Positions 52,230 through 64,000 of a stretch of 64,000 nucleotides of DNA are shown here, piece after piece. The position numbers were made by a program, and so were the translations under genes. The DNA lies in assembly GCA_003344405.1 (NCBI GenBank), contig NOWV01000023.1, forward strand, positions 372,001-436,000. Direction: 5' to 3'. Source of the DNA: Trichoplax sp. H2 (taxonomy: Eukaryota). The notes beneath the pieces are model-generated. The model was given only the letters and a program-made list of their open reading frames with translations. It was not told where the DNA came from and did not search any database. Numbering within the stretch: position 1 is the stretch's first letter; each line of letters begins with the position of its first letter.

Positions 52230-55200
52230 TTACTTCAATAAGGCCATTTTCGAATCATTGTCGCTTAAAGAATCCGATGAATCTGATGATTCTGATGGCT
52301 CATCCAATTGAAGTTTACCTACATCTGATTTGAGAGTTTCCTTGAATTCTGAAAGAGTCAATCGTTGACGGACCCTGTTAGCAGGTATTGACGTATGATT
52401 ATCATGATATTCTTTCACCGATTCTGGCTTGGCTTCGCTTTCTTTAGAAGCCAGATGACCAGGATTGTCCGCAATAGGTTTATTGTCTTCATTACAACTT
52501 GATCGAGCCAATCGAGAGTGGTTTGGGTGCTGATCTTCATAATCTAAGTCTGCCGATTCTGCCTTGGATACGCCATCTGTTTCGGCTTCATTTTCTTTAG
52601 ATATCAGATGGTTATATTTCTCCTTCAAACCCATTGATTTTATATAATCTCTGATTTCGCGCCTTTCTTTTCTAGATTTAGCTCGACGGTTTTTGAACCA
52701 AACCTATTAAATATCATGGAATATGATTTTAAGGTTCTATTTCTATAATTGATAATTAGGCTAACTATTTACAGTATCTTTTCTTAATTCTTGACTACAG
52801 CATTTATACCCTTACTAAATGTACTAATGTAGTTGGAATCAAAATGAGGAGAGAGAAATTAAAGATTCTGTCGAGTTCAAATATTGCAAAATTGATTTTA
52901 AGCAGCATTGTTGAAAGTTAGATTGAAATTAATAGCCTTATGAAGGATTATATTAGTCGTAAATAAGCTAATCCAGATAATTGGTGATAATTGAGGTATG
53001 CGTTTTGTATTGCTTTAGAACATCTTTTATACATTCAATTCAACTTGTATTTTTGTACTTTAATCCTATTGGTATCGAGCTGAAGATGAACAAGATGTCT
53101 CATGTTTTTGTTGTAGGAATAAAATGTTCATCTACAGTACGATCCATTGCGCGTTTAAAATTGATTGCGTTTAAATTTCAAAATGAATTAATTGGGAGTT
53201 AGTAAAAGTTGAGATAAATCAACGATTTTAATTAGGAATGATCCAAAATGAGACTGAAAGGGAGTTTTATCGTTACTTATATTGATAAACGAGCACTGGT
53301 ATAGACTACGATAATTTGTTAATTAATTAGGCTAGCTAAACCAGTTGAATGTATTGAATTTCTGAATGGGATTACATCATTATTATCGCTAGGCACAAGA
53401 TGGAGCCAAATAAAAGTCAATTAGCAAGGCTATTGCTTCAAACAATGCAACTTGATTAGCTTATTAAATATCCCTGAGGATAGAAGAGAACCGATAGGAG
53501 ATGGCGAACAATGCCATCGTAGTTCTATTCATTTTCCAAACTTAAAATAACAAAGCCATAACGATGTTGATCAATGGATTCCATGCTTGTAAGTTAGAGG
53601 TAATGAAATGTAAATTAATGAACTCTAAATTAATTGTATGTAAAAATTTTACAACTTGACTAAAAGTCCAATTTTCATGAAGTAGAGAAATTTTTGAAAT
53701 TGATATTCATGTCTATTACAGCATAGCAACGATCCTTCAGTAGGATTGGTAAAAATAGATGAAATTGTTCTTTAATAGGTTAACTAAAAATATCTGATTT
53801 ATGCCATGGAGTGGAGGCACAAGTTAGGGCTCATATTGATGAATTGAATACTATAATATTATTGTCGAAGCCGCTAAAGAAGACAATTTAGTACTTTACT
53901 TAATCGAAAATCCTACAGGCTGTTATTTCATCTCTGATAGTTAGTATTATTCTTGTTATTCACAGTGAACTTCTATACATAGAAGCCTGCTTTGTCTATT
54001 ATTTAAAACATGTTTTAAGTTGATAGCGATATATGAAACTGTTTTGATTCACCTTCTGCTCGAAAAGATGGAATTAATAGGCCAACTGAACCTGATCTAT
54101 AATTTGAATCATTTTAGATTAACATGTACGAATACTGCTGTTGTACGGTAGACTTGTTAATATCTACTATAGTTTTCAAATAATAAGATTAACAAACAAA
54201 AGGGCAAAATAAAAAGCAAATAGCAGTTGCAACTATAGGTGAAAAACGAGAAAATTAGTTTATAATTTTTTCGCTTCCCTTTAACGGCTAAATAGGTGCT
54301 AGCTAATGATATATAAGTATAAGCTCAGGATAGAGCCGTAGAGTTATCTTTAAAGTAAGATAAATTAAAATAGTCGAATAATAGTAATAGTAATTGTAGT
54401 ATAAGATATAATTAGAAAATTCTTAGTTTAAAATCGTTTCTAGACTGGAATGCATAGGGTGTTTATTTCCTTAAATTAAGAATGGATAAATAGCTATAAT
54501 ATTAAATCCGGATTACTGCAAATTTAGTTGTAAGTCATAAGTCAATATTTCCGTCAAGACATTATCCATTCTGTGGCTGTTATGGGGAATAATGGGTTGT
54601 ATCATATGAAACTAGATTAATCTGTTGCAAAAGATCCCAGTTATAATTGGCGCGATATCTTAGTACCGCACAAAATCGTGAATATGAAAAGATGTCATAG
54701 TAATTTATTATTGATTAAAAATAGGCAATTAAATACTGTATGATTGCTTTATTGTTATTTAATATAATTTTACTACCCGAACTGTTTAGTCATTGCCATG
54801 ATGGCATAATTTACCTCGACTCGCTCTTCTTTTAAATCGATTTTTTGAGCTATTCGTTCTCGCATCGTGACATCGGGATATTGCGTTTGTTCGTACAATT
54901 TCTCCAATTCAGCTATTTGTTCATCGGTGAAGATAGTTCGATGTCTTCTTTTCCTTTTCTGATTTTTACCGTAGTCAGCATAGTTCAAAGCAGGATGATT
55001 ATTAGGTGGAAAATAAGGTATGCCTCGCATACCTGCGTGGGGTATCGACAGTTGGCTTAGTGCTGGGTGAGAAAGAGCTGTGGATGCTGTCGGTAGATGT
55101 GATAATCCAAATGGTGGAGCTGTAGGTAATCCTGCTGTTCTATAACTATAATTATAATTTGGACTGCTTAATGGAGCGGTCGTGACAAGACGATTTGCCG

Positions 55201-56035
55201 TAGGGTTTTCAAAGTACGACATAGGATATTTAATAGGAAGAGATCGCGGATCTGGTGTATATCGATGATTAGGGATTGAATTATAAGTCAATGGAGTTGC
55301 ATGATGAGGAACTGCTTCAGGTGGCGGCATCATACCACCACTCATAGCCATACAACTGGCAACCACTGTAACAGAAAGTTTCGGATAAATTATTTCCATA
55401 TTATCATTAAGAGAACGATTTCATATTGTGTATGGTACTGGACAGCAGAGTCGAAATAATTAATTTAAAATAAAGTAATTTAGTGATCAATAATGGCTAA
55501 CTCACTATCGTTATTTCGACTAATAATAGCATTCTATTTTAGCCATGAAATTTAAAAAATATAAAGCTTTTCTCAGATAACAATATAAGATGATTTTCCA
55601 ATAAGAGAGAAACTAACAATTGATATAAATAGATAAATGATGACGCTATCTATAAGATTAACTGGATAAATTAGAGAAGATGATTTTTTACTATTCTTTG
55701 TATTCTATAAGAGTAGTACTGTGTTGCAAAGGTGTAATTAGAGAAGTCTATAATAAATTAAAGATCGATTTATTGAATTGCAGATAATAGCCATCTACGT
55801 AAAAATGCTAATATCGCTCAGCTACAAATTAGTCGAATTGATTGATTTTTATAGTTATACTCGAGTTTGCAAGAGTAAACATGCTTGCTGATTTACCTGG
55901 AGTTATATCATTTGTTGCTCGGTAGTGAGCTATAGCTTCTGGCATTGTTGGAAGCCGCTTTAGCCACGGTGTAGTATTAGGCTCATCAGACGATAAAAGG
56001 CTGTCAATACTGAAGCGCTTGCTATCTACTGCCAT
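52230..56035 (-). CDS. gsc: Goosecoid, K50 paired-class homeodomain repressor, 3 exons, about 387 aa
   Basis: Exons 55897-56035, 54815-55365 and 52230-52703 join in frame. N-terminal eh1 motif FSIDSLL; homeodomain [55 protein letters not shown] with K50, and an intron between homeodomain residues 46 and 47 as is typical of PRD-class genes. Confidence 0.93.
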
Positions 56036-59000
56036 TTTAAAAAATTCTCTCCAAGACACTTATAGCAATAACATAGAATGCAGGAAGTAAAATTTTAAAG
56101 TAAAAGTCTATAGCTTTTACTTTTCTATTGAGGTACTGATTCCTAAATAATTTTAGGAATTAATTATATTCTTTCAATTAGGAAGTATGGAAAATTAAAT
56201 TGGTCAAATCAATGATACAATCCAATCGGTTAAATATTCTTATATTGGCTGCTTTTAAATTGGATTCGCAATCGGCAATTCTATTCAATATTTCGAACAG
56301 GATGCAACAGGTGTTAAAATAGCGTTGATAGTAGAAGAGATTTGAACCGTATTTAAAGGAATTCTTGTTGATCAAGTTGAACTGAACAGGTCATTACCGG
56401 AAATTTTTTTATTGGTTATATCAGTAGAATAGAATGATATGGAAAGGAAAAAATTAGATAGAAGAAGGCTAAATACATTTTTGAAAGAATAATTATTCTA
56501 CTTATAAATATTTTTTCAAGAGTTAGTGCATTAATAAACAGAGTCATGATAGAATGTGAACTTACATGAAAACACAGAAGGAATATTCGAAATTCAACTC
56601 AATTTGATGAAGATATCCCAGAAATGACTTTACAAGGTATAACTTTCTTTCAGTATTGATGATATCATTAGAGTAAACTGATGAAGAACGAAGAAAGTAA
56701 TTTGGGCACAAGAGCAGACTGATTCAATTTTTAATCTAGTTTTTCCTCTAAACAGTAGCAGTAAGTAAATTGAGACGGTAAAGAAATTAGTCAGGAAACT
56801 AATACATATTCAACGCGATGGTAGTGACTAGACGTGCAGGAGAAAAAGTGTTACCCAATGTTGATATGTCCACAGTAATTATAGCATGTTTAAACAATGA
56901 TGGAATTGATTTGTTACGATAAATGTGGTACTGTTAGAATAATATCATTAATGTGCAGTCATAGTCGTCACGCAACCTTTTACTCATAGTCAGCCCACTA
57001 GGTAAACAACGTATTATTACCAATCCGATTGATTATAATGATGAATAGAATGGCATTCTTTTTCTATACGTTATGTATTTTTGATGAGACGTTAAGGGGA
57101 AAGAAAAGAAATAAAGTTGACTTATATTAGCATATAGTATGTCCAGATAGTCTTATTTGAGAAGGTGTGGGAAATTCCAAAAATTTTCAAAAGTTAGCCA
57201 TAGATAGTATGAAATTAAGTTGTTACGGAGCATGAAATAGTTTCTTTCTCTATGTCAATTTATAAGTAACAATTTTTTTCTTTATCTCCTCCTCTTTTTT
57301 CCTAATATTTCCCCAATATTATGACAGTAAGCTCAATTATTATTTTTTGCCTTTAAGTAAGTTGATACTAATACTATTTAATACTGTATTTTAGGAGTTA
57401 AAAAAACAAATGCAATAGTGATCATCATGATAAAACTGTTGAGATAGATAATATCATCAATTAATCGATTGATTGTTAGATTACGGACTCATTTCATAGG
57501 CATTGTTACTAAATAGTTTAGTTAGATGATGAACTTAATGATTAAATTAATGAAAATAATAATAATCGTCGCTATGATGATAAAGAAGATAAAAAAGATC
57601 TCATTTCAACTTAGTTGAAAAGATGGACCGTCAAAGAAATGCTGATACAATTAATTGTCATGCAGATTGCAATTTTTTTTGCACTATTTTCCATTTCTCT
57701 GGTATACCAATACATAGTATTTATCACGATGAAAAGATACGTAGTTCTGAGGGAAATGAAGAGGGGAGTGGAAGAAAAACAATTCAAAGTATCATCATCA
57801 TCAAATAAAGCTAAGCAGTTTGAATATTGCACAATAATGAAAGAATGCCTAGACCTAAAAACAATATGGTTTTGATTGATTGTTGCCAATTCAATGAAAT
57901 CTAGTTATTTATTTTTTGGCATGGCATTCGTATGTTAACATTAATCAGACGGTCATCAACTATTTTATGATTATAGTCAAGTCTTTGTTCATGATATCTT
58001 TAGCATGTTATGAAAGGAATATGTTGTGTTTAATATCAATTATTGTTATACTGGTAGCTTCATAAATCGATTCAAAGCGTTTATCTATACATTGCCAATT
58101 ACAACTACTATACAAGTACTCATATCAGTGGGGCTAGAAAAGCTATTTATTACATTTAATGAGCTACTTCCCGAGCGATCGTTATTGTCCACACCAACTA
58201 TTCAAACAGATGATTGTTGTATTGCTATGGTGGAAATATAATCACAATATCAGTACTCCACGTAAATCAGTTATTAGTATTGATTACTACAGGCGATATA
58301 ATTTTTTATCATAAGCAAGTATAGTAATGATATAAAATTTTCACATTGATGATGAAGGTCTCGATTAACAAGTGTTATCAAATCTATTCGGTGGCTACGG
58401 TTTTATCTCTATCACAATTAAATAAAAATCTATTTTCGAGTAACTACTTCCTTGTTGATATTCAGTTTTCGATATACCCAATTTACCGGTAATTACATAG
58501 TTCTTTCATTAGATTATACTCTATTATCAATAGTAATGAAAAAGATTAGACTGAATGTTGATTAGCTCCACGATAAATTACCGACATAGTAAATAAGAAT
58601 TATCATGATCCTATTTTCTATGCCGTTTCATTAATTATTTTTTTCAACATAGTTTGTAAACTAGATTTAATTTCAGTATAGTTCTACATTAGGCTTCAAT
58701 AGAAGCCAATAACGATAACAGAGCTAAAAAATCGGGCAATGCTATTAAAGAATAACTACCATAACTTTAGCTTACATTATACAATTTATATTGACGTATT
58801 TTACTGAAAAAATGATGCTACACACTTTGTAACCATGCTGGTCTAGGTCGTTATCATTAAGCCTTTATCATTTTTATTGAGTATTCAGGATATGTATTAC
58901 GGGAATCGTTTTATATATTGTGCAATATATTATTCTATTTCGCAAATTTAAGCGAGTACAGTGTAGTATACATTAACTTGATAAATACCTTGCAATAATA

Positions 59001-60244
59001 GTTTTAAAAAGGATCAGCTTCTAAATTACTAATTTTATTTTATTACAGTAATAACTGTATTTACAGCAATAGCTTGATAGCATATGCTAATGCTGGTTAC
59101 TCATGCCGTAGATTACAGACAGTTCTCTAGTTCCATTTAGAAGATTCTTTTCTCATATTCATCCTCCTCAAAATGCAGACTACTATTTTAAAGACAGAAC
59201 TGGTGCTAGAGCTATTAGAGTGAGGCCATGCCATATTTTCATTACATGGTGTCATCGGTAGCTACTTTTAAGGGCGTAGATTATAGTTATTTACAAAAGG
59301 TAGCCTAGGATGGCTATTTATTTCCTCGTGTCTTTTTAATGTGAATTATGATTGCTTTTACAGGATAATAGAATATCCTGATTCTGAAATCTTTTCTAAC
59401 CATGATGCGCTAGTAATGATCCCAAGAAGAAGTCTTAGCTACAGCAAAAACTAGCAGAATTTCATTAATACTAATATTACACAATTGATACGAAAGCCAA
59501 GATTGTCTCTAGTCACTGATATGAAAGGGGAAGTTTAGATCGCATTACTATTTTAGGTGATCCACATAAAAGTGAATAACTACAACAACAATTAACAACA
59601 AGGTACTTCATGATATATTCATTTTAATCAAAAGCTTTAATTTGATCAGGGTAATCTTAATTTCTTATTTTTGTTGTATTTGTTTTACGTCAGACAAATT
59701 CATTCTCTTCCTTAGCCGATTACGATGACAACAGCTGATGATTTTTTTTATATCAATTTCAATTCTTGAATATACAAACGTCATGATAGACTTAATTGGC
59801 TCTTTAACACATTCATGTTTGGTTTCAATAACAATTCTTAATTGATGTTGTCAATCGGATATCATTAAATGCCTTCTCAAATACTTTAATTCGCGGTAGC
59901 TAAAATAAAATACATTATTCAATTAATAGCAAGCCCTTCTAACCAAGATGACTAATTGATTATTGCATTGTTGATTTAATTCAATAAATTGTTAATGATC
60001 ACCTTATTGTTTTTCATTCAAATGATGATGACATTGTTTACGTGTATTGTCTGTAGGGATAAGATCGTAGATAGTGAGATAGATAGATTAGTGGGTGCAA
60101 TATGTAATGTCAAAATAAATATAATCATACCATCTTGGCTCGAAATAGATATGTCCAGTATTGTTTTAATAGTGTCAGAGTCGGAGGATTAGCATATCAT
60201 TTTTGAAGATGATGATAACAATATAGGTTATTCAAGACCCCGAT

Positions 60245-60420
60245 CATAGTCGAATAGTAGTGGATCAATCGTATTAGGTAAAGTCTGCACTACAACTGCA
60301 AATGTGTAATCGATATGTTAATGAGAAGAAGTCGCGTTGGAAGAATAAGGAATCCAATCGAAATCTGTTCAGCAGACAGTATGTAAAGTATTAAACGATT
60401 TTGTCTCGATAATCGTCGAC
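60245..60420 (-). pseudogene. Possible decayed GPCR TM6-TM7 fragment
   Basis: A minus-strand frame reads TDFDWIPY...FAVVVQTLPNTIDPLLF with in-frame stops, resembling TDFxCWxP and NPxxY. Confidence 0.2.
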
Positions 60421-62549
60421 TTTGTTAACATAAGGTCGAATGGCACAATATTGCTAGAATTCATCGGCATCATTTGTGTACAATTAAGGCGTCGCATGAT
60501 AGCTCTTTGTTATGTTGTAAATAAACAGATCAATTGTTGTAATATTTTGGAGAATTAGATCCATACCATCTTAGCTTTGCTATCTTTGCACTAATGCAGG
60601 CAGTAGTAAACTTATACTACTGGAAAATTAAGAACTATGATCTAATATACAATCAACAATATGAAATGATTATGTTGACGTAGATTAGGGGTAAATAGAT
60701 GAAAAATAAAATATGAACAAGTTTGAAAAAATTTTGCAATTTACACTCTTTCAGATAGAAACAATTTTTATCTATGGACATATTAATACATAAACACGTA
60801 CATTTATACTGTACATACATTGGATTAAATATTGAATTTTACATCTTTAATATGATATGTGAATTTTATTTGTTAATTCATAACAAGTCTTATCGAATAG
60901 TAACAGTTTAACAGCGGATTTACAAGACTGATTGTGATAAATAATGATAAATCGTAACAGAAATAATATCCGGACAACTTGTTAATATCTATATACGGTA
61001 CAATACTAAAGTTGAGAAGGAACAGGATTGGACATATTGACAACCGTCCTGATAAATGGTGTTTTCAAGTATCATGAGATATAGCAACGAAGTTAAGTAT
61101 TTGTCATAGTTACATAAGAGTTATTAAATATTACGACGTTGATCATAAAATGACAACCATATATTATACGAGCAAAACTCGTAAACTAGCCAAACCCTAA
61201 CATTAGCCAGATATGACCTGTAATTAAAGGGCGGAATTTTGATTATGCCATCAGTTTGAAGAAATCATTTAAACGATTGAAACGAGGTATAATATCGATG
61301 GATTCATGACTTGAAATATCTTTATCGTTTATATTACATAAGGATAATTTGGCATAAAAAACTGTAGGAGACCGTAGCGCTATTTTGATACACCAATATT
61401 CTTATATTGATAAAAAGTCGTAATCTCATGTTTTATAGATCTAAATTTTAGTTACACGCAAGAATGAGCTGTGAAGTAACTAGTATATTTCTGTAATCGT
61501 GATTATACCGTAGGCCGCCGTTTACAATTGCTTATACAGCATTAACAAAGCGAGATGCATACGGTTATACATCTTTCCGTACGGCACTATTCGGTGACCA
61601 AATCATTCGTATGATATGCTGTAGTTATGCTACTTCTAATCATCGGCATCTCTAGTAATCGCTGTAAAATTAGATAGGATTAACTAAAGTAGCTACTTCG
61701 ATAACGTAATGTCTTGCCAACTAGCGCTATAAACAATTTATAAAGGCATTGAACTTTTTTTTGTAAAAATGCCAATTGCAAATGAAGGAGGGGCCAAATT
61801 TAAGTAATTCAAAACGCTTTGATACAACTAATCTTTTCGCTAGACCGATAGAAACACATTTATTAACTATAATAATCTTATAAGCAGTTAAATGATGACT
61901 ATTTTTGTGAAAATGCTAGTAATGTGATGATTGGAGATGGATAGCTTTAAGATTGTGTTTTAAAACAAGATCAAAGCTTTTCAACGTAATTTGCATTTTT
62001 GCTATCTTAAGGGATCAATTTGTTTATCGCGAAACTTTTCAAGTACTTGAAAAACAATTATCTACGATTTATGATCTTATTCAATACTATTAAGGGGCTT
62101 TTATTCATTCTGAATTAATTATAACAATAAGAATCAGGGAGTGATTATAACTAATTGGTGCTAAAGTTGACAAAAGTCGACTTAAATTGATTAGATTTTA
62201 CTTTTTAATTGTATGTTATGTTGACCTTTCCTAATGCTCTATCATTTAAAAAATTGATTAAGGAAGTACTCATTCCGCATCATTGCTATGATTGGTATTT
62301 TTAGTCATACAGGAATTCGGTAAAAAAATACTGCATATTGGCTTATGTACAAATAGCTTGATAAGTTTTACTACTCCGTACAAGCATCATCCTTGTCGAT
62401 AATCATCCGATTTAAGACGGAGGAGGGTGGAGCCCAAGTAATTAATTAGTGGTAAGAATGAAATGACTTTTCATATTAATAGTATTAGTGTCGGCGTATG
62501 TCAACAGAGCCAAACTGTCTGCATCTTAACGATGCATGCCTGTATGACA

Positions 62550-63680
62550 ACGTTGTTAGCATCTAATTGTTAGATCTTTTCTAACGAATTCTTAATCCTG
62601 TATAATAATTAGTCTATGTCGTAATATACTCTCAACAATGTGTGATTTTTGTATTAAGGCATGTAATTAGAACTAAATTCATTCCTCCCATCTACTTTTA
62701 TTGTCATTCGCTTTATAATTACATTCTTTTCTACCTCTCTACCTTGATACAATCTTTTATAATCGAGCTAAAGTATAGTTAATCCAACATTTTATTATTA
62801 ATTTTTCATAATATTGGCACAACTGTTGCCCGCTGAAACAGCCAAAGCTATGTCGTATTTTATGAGTTTCATAGACTAATATTTGCTGCATATTCTATAG
62901 ATTCGGTATATTTTAATGCTTGGCTCATATGTTATGATATAGGGAATTTATTTCTTCTACTGACATTGATAATGCGTGTAAAAATATTCAATAAGTTATT
63001 ATTTTTAATATTTATATGACTTTCAAAATTATTTTAGCGAGATTAGGCTTTAAAATCGCCCACGATTTAAATCTACTGTTTTGTATTTTTCCATTTGGCT
63101 CAAATACTACAATGCATTACACTACTGTTGTACAGAGTGGACCTTATAATATAGGATAATCAGCTAATCAATAATGGATAACAAATAAATACTGCAATGT
63201 AATAGGATCATGCATATTCTCCAACTTTAATTCTTTAATGAAATATTTACCGTATAGTCATAGCTATGGTTGCGACGGCGTAATTTTGTTGTATAGAAAT
63301 ATCATATCTGGTTACGATACAATTTATGCGGCTTTCATGGATTACTTTCTGCTATGCAGATATCTTTACATTATTTCCTTTTGAGTTTAAATATTTAATC
63401 ATTAGCATAATTTCAATGTTTGGCTTTTAATTATAATTCTATGTTATTTGCGAGATCTCTACCATTTTCTACAGTATATAAATAAAAACTCTACGATGCT
63501 ATGGTTTTCAGCTTAAGTCATTATTACTATTTATATTACTCGGCTGCTTCTCAATCTTACATACGTTACAAATTTGCAATCGTCAAAATGCATAGTTCAT
63601 GAAGTTCTCTACTAAACATTATCTTATGGTGTTATCTGTCCTTAATACCATAGCATCCTTAAACGATTATACGACCACGC
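62550..63680 (+). pseudogene. Possible heavily decayed intronless rhodopsin-class (LGR-like) GPCR remnant
   Basis: Fragments in different frames, broken by stops, appear in the expected order: NCCP, WLICYDIGNLFLLL (TM1 GN), WITNKYCNVIGS (ECL1-TM3), LSWITF (TM4 W), IILCYLR (TM5 end), LSVLNTIA..YT (TM7-like). Recognised by eye only. Confidence 0.3.
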
Positions 63681-64000
63681 GAACATGCCAAGGCATATCT
63701 TAACGCAGTTATAATATGCACCGCCACATACTTAATGTAGCTACTCTGCCTAGTAATTATATATTACTAAATTCTATCTTTACTGCTCTAACATTTCCTA
63801 TGATCTGAACTAATGTCAATTTATACAACATTTTTACAGAGCAGTCATTCGCTCTTTTTCGGTTAGCAAGGTATTGACGAAAGTCTCTTGAAATGTGGAA
63901 TGTGAATTAAATTCTAACCTAGATGCATGAATTTTACCACATCTTTTTTTATTCCACAGAACCGTATTTGAATTGTGTATGATATTTGCAATAAGGAGAT

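Noticed and set aside
57611..58241. Cluster of short ORFs upstream of goosecoid
   Set aside because: No recognisable domains or consistent splice structure; compatible with chance in AT-rich DNA.

Overview
Eukaryotic, AT-rich, intron-dense animal genomic DNA with mostly short GT-AG introns. The compact gene style suggests an early-branching metazoan such as a placozoan; this is an inference, not a database match. I assembled five spliced genes by hand with consistent intron phases: TBC1D7 (+, 11225-14795, with one GC-AG intron); a large EF-hand/coiled-coil/Rab GTPase of the CRACR2A (Rab46)/Rab44/RASEF group (+, 18082-29854); mitochondrial GCAT (-, 31845-35873), head-to-head with the cap1 methyltransferase CMTR1 (+, 37339-45065); and the K50 PRD-class homeobox gene goosecoid (-, 52230-56035), which sits in gene-poor flanks. 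There is also an unassigned minus-strand exon near 5.4 kb, several tandem and inverted repeat arrays, TACAG/CTGTA-rich tracts near gene 5' ends, and possible decayed GPCR remnants at 60-64 kb. The most notable observations are: the large Rab has His in place of the catalytic switch-II Gln (DTAGHER) and a degenerate second EF-hand; CMTR1 has an acidic insertion of about 70 aa and a fold-back repeat array in intron 1; and Gsc has Ser at homeodomain position 56 and a long tail. I found no prokaryote-type systems such as CRISPR arrays or operons.
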